Assembly: GCA_051294375.1 (NCBI GenBank)
Contig: CM119267.1
Location: 10,911,045 to 10,975,044 of the forward strand
Source: Paraspadella gotoi
Lineage: Eukaryota > Animalia > Chaetognatha
Reading direction: 5' to 3'
DNA length: 64,000 nucleotides
Shown: piece after piece, positions 53,822-64,000 of the stretch
Numbering within the stretch: the stretch's first letter is position 1
Layout of the letters: every line of letters starts with the position of its first letter
Notes under the pieces: model-generated
What the model was told of the DNA's origin: nothing
What the model saw: the letters and a program-made list of their open reading frames with translations, nothing else
Database searches by the model: none
Position numbers and translations under genes: made by a program

Positions 53822-56134
53822 AGGAAGCCGCGCCCGTGGCTCGGCGAAAGGAACTTGACAAGAACTGGGACGCTCGGGTTGTAGCATGGGAGGAGAGGGT
53901 AGTTCGATGTTGGAAGCGACCGACCGAGAAAGCGTCGACTCGGCGCCGAGAAAAAAAACGTGACGAGGGATACGGCGGGGACGCCAATGACGGAGAGGAT
54001 AAGTTGCACCCGACAACGCCCACGCTGCGCGACGCCAGCGAAAAAAGAATGATCAAACTGTTTTGGCTCGATAAAAACCGTGATCGTCAAAAAAAAAAAA
54101 ACAAACAAACAAACAGAAAACTCGGAACTATTATTGCCTTTCCTCTTTTTCACCAAACGTAAGACTTGCGAGACTAAACCGCCATAAAACTTAAGATCAC
54201 AAGATTCTGGGTAGGTACGTATAGCCGTTCATTCCAACTAAAATGTTAAGCGGAATAATGAAGCTTTTAAATACCCTTTTTGTCGTCAGGTATTTGTGTT
54301 TTAAAACGTGTGATCTTATTCGATATTTACGTTTTATCCTGTCGATTTGTATCGTATTGTAACTCAATTGTACGTGCGGGTCACTGAAATAATAAACCGT
54401 TTTTTTGAACAAAGACTTTATTTAAATTAAATATTCACGTTGTTAAAATTTACAAAAATATTAAGAATTACGGTCCGCGTCACGAGACAAAAAAGAATCA
54501 GAATTTATTGCTTTTCATTAAGATTTAGTTTTATTATCTCCCACGATCGCGTAAAGCAATCGCCGTCTTCAACATTTTATAATCTGTACGTAGTAATGTC
54601 TTTGCTCAAATGTCTACTTATATTTTATAACTAATTTTTTTTTTCGAGAGCAAAAAAATAAAAGTAAGTCTTTAAGTTTAACTTTAAGCTCTCAGCAGTA
54701 GGTGTTCTTCAAAGATTAGAAACAAAAACATTTTGAGAAAATCATAGTTGAGGATTAGATTTTTTTTAAATAGCATTTAATAGCCTTTAAATATATAATA
54801 TAATTTAAATTTAAAGTTAACAATAGTTTTATTTTGATACTATGAAAATTTGCAAATTACTTGTTTCACTATTTTCTGAAGGATTTAATATATCTAATAA
54901 TTCAATTTGGGAAGGGGAAGTCAGTGTTGTATTCTGGAAATGGAGAGAGCATCTATACAACACAATGTTAGATTACTATCTGTCCTAGTTTTCTAATAGA
55001 TATCACACATCATTTCTGTTAGAAAGTCATTAATGAAAAATCATAATATCTAAGAGGCTGAACAGAAAGGGGTGGGTATTATTAAAATTAGAATATAAAG
55101 ACGACCGACCCACAGAAGTTTCCTGTTGAGTCGCTGGCAATCGCCTCGTTCTTTAAGTTAAAGGAAGTTAATATACGACCCGAGCTAATCATTAAAAGTC
55201 TCTACGTTTTGGCCGAAAACAGGTTCGTATCCTGACTTCGTTCTTTCGCCGTCATCGTAATTCCTTGACTTGTCCTGAATTCGAGGTAACCAATGAACGA
55301 TTTCACTCTGGATTTTTAGAATCCAAAAAAGAAGAGGGGGAGCTAATTAATTCTTGCTCAAAACTTCTTAAACTCATTGGTGCCGCCGAAATCGGAAAAA
55401 TTATAAAAGATAATAAAAGCAATTATTGTTACAAAATTCTTTCCCCCGCCGTAACCGACCTTTCGACTCACTTACTCCGCGCCGAGCTACGAAATATTCC
55501 CTTCACGATGAAAGAGAAAACTCCCCGAAACCTCCCAATCGTGACCAAAACTCAAATCTCCGAATAAAAAGTTGAAAAAGAAACGTGCTTTTTCGCAGGT
55601 TTTTTCTTTTTCGCTCTTTTTTCTTCTTTTGGTCTCTTCCCGAATACCTCAGTTAAAAAAAATCGTATACGAGGGGTGATTCTCAGTCGCAGGTTCAATT
55701 TAATTCAAAAAAAAAAAGAAGAAAAAAAGGAAACGAATAAAAACTTTTTCTTCTCTTTTCTTCGAATTTCGGTTCGTCGTGCCTCAGAAAAACCGTTGTA
55801 AATATCTCGGCCGAACGAAAGAGCCCACAAATCAAGAAAAGCCCCTCTCTCGTTCGCGTTCAGCGGGGCCAATAAATTCGGGGACTGTCTCTCTTTCTCG
55901 ATCGGCAGAAGACAGAAACGATAAGCGGTTAAAAGCACAAGAGAAAACGAGAGAGAGAGAGAAATAGCGAAAAAACCAGATCTGATTTTCGATGCCAAGT
56001 CGGGGTTCCTCTGTCCTAACCCCGAAACTAACAAAGAGAAAGATTCCAGTGCCACAGAAACTTTTGATTGAGAACCGCAGCCGGTGGCCAGTTTGGCCCA
56101 TGTTGTTTGTGTGTGTTTTTAATGGCTTTTCAAA

Positions 56135-56201
<67 letters not shown>

Positions 56202-56589
56202 ACTATACATACTGTAACGGTTCGCGTGACCGATGAAGTAAAAATCGGGGGATCCGCGATATTCTCTCGGCCGCCATCGACGTTAAACAAAATATTTTTT
56301 TTTCCTGACGCCAACCGAAACTAAAACTCATAAAGAATTTTTTTGGACTGAGAAATGAAATATCAAGTTTATTGGATTAACGGAGCCGAAAAGAAGAGGA
56401 AACGATGGAGATGGGGCATTGGGGCAAGTTAAAGCCGAAATAGTCCTACGTCAGTCTTCCTCGATGCTTAATCCCTCAGCAATATCTCGAGGGTCGTCGC
56501 GCGGTCATGTCCCTTAGAATTCTTACGCGTATTTGCGTTTCCCCTGGACGAAAGGATTAACTTTATTAAATCTTTTCTCCTTTCTGCCT

Positions 56590-56632
<43 letters not shown>

Positions 56633-57240
56633 GGGTCCGAACCTCTTCTTCCTCTTCCTCTCCTCGTGATTCTTCGCCAGTCTCTCCTCCTCAGGGTCTA
56701 GCTCCTCCTGGTTTGAGTTTTACTGTCATTGAGGCCGCCGTTGATAGATCTGCTTGGAGTTTTTGAGATCGATCCTCTCAATTCCCTCTGATGCTCCCGT
56801 CTCGCTCTCTCTCCCTCTTTCTCTGTCGGCTTTCAATTGTCAAAATCAATTTTTTTTATTCCCCCGAAGGAGACGAAGCTTCGTTTCTCCCCCCAATTTC
56901 GTATTTCTCCTCGGGTTTTTTATATTCTTTTTTTTTATCCTTTCGGAGAAAAGGTTTGAATTCGTTTTCATTTCTCCCTCGTTCGTTCCTTCTCCCTCGT
57001 TATATTTTTTTTTCTCCTATTTAATCCCTCGAGTGGTTATGAAGAGCTTTTTGTTCTATTGTCGACGCCGTCAAATTTGTCAACACCGTTTCTCTTCTTC
57101 TCATTCTTCCCCGATTCTTCTTTTTAGCCTCGCATAATAAGCCGCCCCGTTCAAAAAGTAAAAAAAAGAGCGGATTACGACGGACCCGTTCGCCGCGGCC
57201 AAACCTCGTCGCGCGGTTAAACTCGTCGGCGGATCAACGT

Positions 57241-57350
<110 letters not shown>

Positions 57351-57465
57351 TGACTCCCCTTCGCGGATGTCAGTGAGGAGACTGAAGTCAACTTCTTCGT
57401 ACGAATTCGAGGACTTCCTCGGAGGAAACCTCTGCATTCTCAGAAAATAAAAAAAAAAATAAAAA

Positions 57466-60338
57466 ATGTCGCGGCTCAGATTGACGCTTCTCGCGACGAT
57501 CCTCGCGACGTCGACGCCGTGGGTGCGACCGGATGGAGCTTCCTCGTCGTTGACCGCCGCGGGTGGTGGGCGCTATCTCTCCTCTTCGTCCTCCATTTCT
57601 CGATCTACCTGCGAACGCATCACGATCCCCATGTGCATGAACACCGGATACAACATGACTCGAATGCCCAACCACCTCGGCCACAGCACCCAGGCCGAGG
57701 CCGCCATCCAAGTGCACGAATTCTTGCCCCTGGTGCAAATCGGATGCTCCAAACATCTTAAATTTTTTCTATGCTCTATCTACGCTCCTATGTGCGCCGA
57801 TCAGGTATAATTTTTATTGAATCATACAATTGTAATCTCGTCTCTACTCTCGCAAATTTGTACGAATTTTAGGTCGAGCAAGGCATACCAGCCTGTCGTT
57901 CCATGTGCCTAGAAGTTAAGGCAAAGTGTCAACCGGTCTTGCAAAAGTTCAACTTCGGTTGGCCGGATATGTTGAATTGTTACGACCTGCCGGAAAAAGG
58001 GAAAGGCAGCTTGTGCATGGATCCGCCCAGGAAACCTGACGACGACGATAGCGTCAACATTGGCTTCGAAGGTGATGCGGAAACGGACAAGCCCAGCGAT
58101 AAGCGAAAGCATTTTAGCGATCTGCTGAAGAACCTCGAAGAAAATCGAGAGAGACGACCCGAAAAGTCCGGGGGAAACCGTCCCGAAAACAAACAACAGA
58201 GGAACAAGTGTCCAGACAGGTTCGTGCTACCATACCATACCTATCAAGTAGATATATCCCATAATTAAAAAAAAACTCCTCGGACAACTTTTGATTCATT
58301 TGTTAAAATCGTACCACCACAATATTTAAGAAGTTTAGCTTATAGGATTTCAGCAAAAGTGATTAATAATATAGTTGGACGCAAAGAAAAGCCATATAAA
58401 AATCTGTTCTTTGCATTTTTATAAATTTATTTATTTTTTTTTAATTATTAATATTAATTATTATATTTTATTAATTATTTTTTAAAATATTTTTAGATGG
58501 TTTTTCAAAAGACGCCAAAACCCCGTTCGGCGAAAGTAAAATTTAGCCAAAGATTCTTTTGTAATAATATTGTTTATCATATACTATTGTATTTTTCCGA
58601 TTTTTCCATTTTTTTATTTGTATGTCAAATTTACTTTAAACTTCAATTTTTTTCTTTTAGGTTCGTTTACATTCAACCAGAAAACTTTCGTTCGCCATCG
58701 AACACGTCCTCTTGCGTCCCTCGCTGCAACATAGACGTCTTTTTCTCTTCGTATGATAAATCCTTGGCTCAAGTTTGGATGGTTTCTTGGGCCGCCGTTT
58801 GCTTCATCTCTACGCTTTTCACGATTTTGACATTCTGCATCGATCGGGCGAGATTTAAATATCCGGAGCGTCCACTCGTCTTCCTCGCTGTCTGCTACAA
58901 CTTCTACTCCGTTGCCTACGTTTTACGTCTTGTCGCCGGAGCCCGAAACATTTCCTGCGACAGTCTCCACGGTTCGCCGCCCGGCGAGGAGTTCCTCATC
59001 CAGGAAGGCCTTGAGTCGACGTGGTGCATCATAGTCTTTCTCGTTCTTTACTTCTTCGGGATGGCCGCGTCGATCTGGTGGGTTATATTGACGCTGACCT
59101 GGTTTTTGGCGTCTGCTCGTAAGTGGGGTCATGAAGCCATCCACGCTCGGTCATCTTATTTTCATCTCGCTGCGTGGGCTGTGCCCGCCGTAAAAACCAT
59201 CGTGATATTGACCATGCGGAGAGTCGATGGAGAAGAGTTGACGGGTTTCTGCTTCGTCGGAAATTTAGATCTGCAAGCAAAATTATTTTTCGTTATCGCC
59301 CCGCTTGGAGTCTACTTATTTCTTGGGACGTGCTTTATAATTAGCGGCTTCGTTTCCTTGGTCAACATAAGAAACGATTTACGAAAAGGTGCCGCTGGAA
59401 CGGAGCCCGACTCAGCCGGCCAAAGGATACCTTTTCAGCAACAAGTAATTCACCGACCGGGTAATGTGCAAAAATTTGAAAGGCTGATGTTCCGCATTGG
59501 AATAATATCAATGCTGCAAGGAGTTCCTGCCATTTGCGTACTTGGATGCTACATTTATGAATACGTTGCAATGCCGTCTTGGGTTAAGAAGGCGGAAAGC
59601 CTGAGATGTGGCGCCAGATACCACACGCATTCTTTGCAGCACCCAAAAACGTCTATCCGGAGCGAGAGCCGTTATTGCGAACAGCTAGACGTTTCCATTC
59701 CGTCGACAACGGTGTTTCTTATGCGTATTTTCATGCTCCTCGTTGTTGGTACCACTTGCGGTCTTTGGATTTGGAGTCAAAAAACTTGGAATGCGTGGAG
59801 CCGATTTCTGTCATCGTCGTGTCGATCAAGAAAAAACAAAAATAGAGCTGCCTCGTGGAATTACGTCGGAAACCATAATCAATTGGTGATGGTTTCTCCC
59901 TCGCATGCGACTCCTTTAATGCAAGAGGCTCTTGTTCTCAATGGTGCCAAAAATCCAAAAATAAGTTCTTCCGGAGCGCGGCCCAAGTCGTCACCAAAGA
60001 CGAATTTAACGGAAGCGCGAATCATGAGAAATCGATCACAGTCTAATTCCCCTTCCAGTCAACAAATGCCGGTGTTCGGGAACAAACTTTCCACATTGAA
60101 CAGAGTTCAAACTCATTCTCAACCAAGAGATAGACTTCAGCAGCAACATCTACACTTTAATGAAAACTACAATTCTGTACGTTATCAAGCCCCAAAACTT
60201 CAAAAACTTCAAAACTCAAGGTTACAAAGACATACAGAAAGTTTCACTAACCCCAATCTTAGACCCGGAGTTCATACAAAACATAGTTCCTCCTTTTACC
60301 ATCCGTCATTAGATGCTAATGAAAGCTGTAATATGTGA
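57466..60338 (+). CDS. FZD9/10: Frizzled-9/10 family Wnt receptor; 3 exons, about 787 aa
   Basis: Exons 57466-57804, 57873-58219, 58661-60338 in phase. Signal peptide, CRD (CERITIPMC...GYNMTRMPNHLGH...EAAIQVHEF...FFLCSIYAPMC), RFKYPERP, IQEGLESTWC, KWGHEAI, ILTMRRVDGEELTG, KTxxxW (KTWNAW). EAAIQ, QEGLES and MRRV point to the 9/10 subfamily. Confidence 0.94.
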
Positions 60339-63300
60339 TGAATACTTGCGCATTGGTTATTTATTGTAAACATAATTTGAGCATTGTAACCATAGTTTAT
60401 TATTACAGTTTTACATAACCCATGAATGGGTTTATATTGTTATTTAGTGTATCATTCCTTAATTCACGTCAGAACAGTTTAGATGGAGAAAAAAACGGTA
60501 TTTAAAAATAGCTTGCTAAAAATTATATCTATGATTCAATTGTCGGGTTTCAACGAACTTGTAACACGCCTTTTTATGTTTTGATTATGACTAAGAATGG
60601 GGGAGGAGACAATTAACGAACCCACGTAAGAAACAATTAAGAAATGAGGTTTATACTGATCATAGTCGTGATATTAACTGACATCGTAATAACATCGTAA
60701 ACTTTGCAAAAATATGTAAGGCTATCTATACACGGATTTCAAATCGGAGAGAAATGAAAAGATTTGTTATTACTCTTAACTGACTCAATATAATTGATAT
60801 TTAATCATTTCATTTGTTAGAAAATTCCCTGACGTTTATGTTCCTGTATAACAAATTGAGAATACTTTACATCATAACAACTGATGCGCAGATTTTTTTG
60901 CAGCATTCCTTCCCTTATTGGATAATTCAATTTCAAACTCATTGTGAAAAAAATTGAGACGAATAATTGAATCGAATCGAATATTATAATTTCTGTTACT
61001 TTCATTATATAGTATGTCTTGGCATGAAAAAAATTTTCTTTAATATATTTCAATGTTTAGTAAAGTAAGAGGTTCTTGCCATATCATTGTTCTTTTGTAA
61101 TTTTTTTTCTAAGCCGAAATCGTTATTTCTATAAGTTTTAACTAGAAAAACTATAAAATGAAAAGGGCTGTCATTGTAGCTGTGAAAAAGTTTTTTAACA
61201 TTCTGATTGCTCAGACACATACTTTTAATTTCTATAATTGTAAGAAAAACCCCAATTTTTTTAAGGAATTATTCAAATGCAAAAATTTTCCTTTTTTGAA
61301 ATTCGACCTCGGCATTAATGAGCACATAACTAAGAAATTAAGCAAGCTGGACTTCTGGGATTTAAAGAATAAAAAAGTCAGCAATTTTTTTACCAGGGTG
61401 AAAAATTTGTAATCGCTACAAATAATAATTTAGCCACAGTAATTGATCTTTTAATTTCACTCACATTTGAAATCCGTGAAGTCTTAGTCAAGCAAACGTT
61501 AAATTTTTTCGCATATGATCGTATCCATTAGGGTGAAGTGAAATTTGGAATAAAAATTAGCTATTTTAGCTTAAAAACTGTTTTATTAGTGAATATTAAA
61601 TCTGAATTTTTTATACTAATGTAGTCGCTTATTTTGTATTTTGACTACTATAATATATATAGTCAAAATTTTAAAATCGTTTTTTAATCGAAAGTTGATA
61701 AAATAAAATGTTTATTTTAAAATTAAATTGTTAAATGGGTCAAAATTATAAAAATAGATTTTTAAGCTGAAAATTTAAAATAATATTGTAAATAGATTTT
61801 TTTTATTTTTGACGAACTTAATGAAAGAATTTTGAAACATGAATTATACTTTTTTATGAAAATTTACAAATTAATTTTTTTCTCATTATTTTAAGTTTTA
61901 GATTTTATAATATTTATTAAAATTATATATTACAACTTCTATATATTTATTTTTCAGATCCAGTCTTATTTATAAATTCTTATTCCAAAATTTTAACCAA
62001 TAGTATATTTATTACTATATATAAAAAAAGCTTACCGGCAGCCAGTGATGTTTAAAATTTTAAAATAAATGTACCAAAGTATTTTCATTGGTCTTTATTT
62101 TCATGTTCTATATCCTAAATTTTAATTTTATTAAATTTTAGTTATTACTCTACTAGTACTCTTCTAGTTTCTATTTTTGCATTCTTAATTTGACTTACAT
62201 CCCTTAGGGTCTCTACACTCGCTTGGAACCAATTTTTTTCCCCGACCTAAATAAACCCCATTTTTATATTTTATTTCGGTTTTACTAAGCTTTATAGTTA
62301 ATGATGTAATAAGCATAGGTAAAATTTGTGTGGTTATTTTTCTTATCCTACTGAGTATTTTAAGTATTTTACGTTAGTTTATATCTAGGAATATATGTGT
62401 ATTGTTATATTTTTGTAGATATTTTGGCAAAGAAAATGGAAATGCTTTTGCGATACCTACACCCTCGAATTTCAAACGGAATGGACCGAATCTAGAAATT
62501 TAATACTTCCCCCGAGGCTAGGGTATTCCAGAAAAAACAAAGTGCAGACGAAAACTGAAAACGTAAAAAGCTAGGAAGTTGGTGGTTTGGGTAAAAGGGC
62601 CTAAAAGGGGGGCTGAGCATGAAAATTGTAAAAAGAACCTTGTCGAGCCCAGAACAAGGGATTCGCCGAACCTGGTAAACATCAGAGGCCTCCGCCAGGC
62701 TCAACTTTCGAGATAAGGGCCATGCAGAAATCGTGGACGAGGAAGCAATCTAAAAGGTCGAGAGGGGGTGGGGGGAAAGAGCGGTGGTGTAAATTCTGAT
62801 TTCGACGAAGAATGCAATAAATCGGCAAGACTTTGAAAAACGATCGAGGTAAAAAACTTTTCGGCTTAAAACTCGGTCCGAGTTTCAACAAAGCGCAATC
62901 GATACCGGAGGGGGAGTGAGAGAAAAAAACAAAGGCAGAAATAGAATCTCATTCTCAACCCCCTGTGACGGGGCCTCGCTGATGCTTAACTTTTGGGATA
63001 AATCTTTAGCACATGATGTGGGTTTTACCCGCGAGCAAAACACTTGTGTAGATTTAACAGGATAAAGGAGGATACTAAATTAGTTTCAGACTGCCTCATG
63101 GAGTTAGCTTCCTTTTTTTGCGGAAAATATTTATATGACTTTCTAGCATGAATATATACTGAAAAATCATCATTATGGCGATTTAGTTTAGATCTTTCCA
63201 TTTCTTTTTGAAATCTGTTCTTCCGTTAGAAATGGGTCATCTTACATACCCTTCGGGATATTTTCTTCTCGCTCATTGTTTGTTGTTAAAAGATAACTTT

Positions 63301-63805
63301 AATTGAGATTATACTTGAATATCATTTCTTGAATGTTAAATGCTAAGCCTAAGGTTTGAGCATATGTCATATGTCAATGACCAATGGTCATATTTAGACT
63401 TAGCAACTTATGTTAACCATTTTTCTTTACGCGAATCTTGAAAATTTCTAAATATTGTAACTTAGTTTTAAATTTCTTATCAGAAGTCCGTAATAGGTTT
63501 AAAATTAACTTTTTGATATGTGACACGAAAGTTTCTCTCTGTTCCTGATACAAACAATCTGTAAATTATTTTTAATATCTTTGTTCAAGATTGTAGACGA
63601 AGATATTGCATTTGTTTTATTTTAAAATTACAAGTTTATTAATAATAAAAAAAATATTCACGACTCATTTAGGTGATAGTCCCTGCCAAAATCAAATATT
63701 AAAGTTGTCCATTATCCAAATAGAGTAAAGGTGCATCCACCAATTCCCGTGTTCGGCTTCCTGTTAAAGATATCATAATGCTTAATTTAATTTCGAATTA
63801 TTAAG

Positions 63806-64000
63806 CTAGCCGATTGTGTTATTTGACAAGTTTTTGTTGTAGGCGAGGATACCTTTTGCAATATCCGTCCGTATCGCAGATGCATTTTTGACCACAAGGA
63901 CATTTCCCCAAAACGTGGATGGATCGTTTTCTCTCAATTTCTTTTCAGTCAAATTTGTACAAGGGATAAAACTAATGTTATTGTCATTGTTGGATAAAAA
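63806..64000 (-). pseudogene. Possible decayed hAT-type transposase fragment running off the window end
   Basis: Open minus frame ...DPSTFWGNVLVVKNASAIRTDIAKGIL...*, loosely like the FW..V...KNA.G segment before the hAT dimerisation motif. The LP.SNA..ER motif is absent. Confidence 0.3.

Noticed and set aside
58497-58660. N-terminal part of the 613-aa ORF
   Set aside because: Intronic read-through; the real exon begins at 58661 after a ttttag acceptor.
62492-62891. Possible minus-strand exon (IASSSTISAWPLSRKLSLAEASDVYQ)
   Set aside because: Isolated, with no homology and no partner exons.

Overview
Eukaryotic, most likely invertebrate metazoan, genomic DNA: AT-rich, dense in (AG)n/(CT)n microsatellites, with two 10-N gaps (34507-34516, 42045-42054). 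The species cannot be identified from the sequence. Hand-splicing at GT-AG sites gives four protein-coding genes. (1) The 3' part of a sacsin-like gene (+; 40 phase-consistent exons, 596-36624, about 2119 aa; J domain with HPD and C-terminal HEPN). (2) An intronless 7-finger C2H2 gene nested antisense in a sacsin intron. (3) A 10-exon prokineticin-receptor-like GPCR (+, 48824-53085). (4) A 3-exon frizzled-9/10 (+, 57466-60338). Most notable: both sacsin and the GPCR have a second in-phase candidate terminal exon, swapping the last HEPN helix or giving a PDZ-type tail. A 373-bp TGT...ACA element with a 4-bp TSD carries two inward-facing tRNA-like heads. Genes that are intron-poor in vertebrates are heavily interrupted here, and one frizzled intron has an 8-bp direct repeat at its ends. 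All homology calls come from recalled family motifs; no database search was run.
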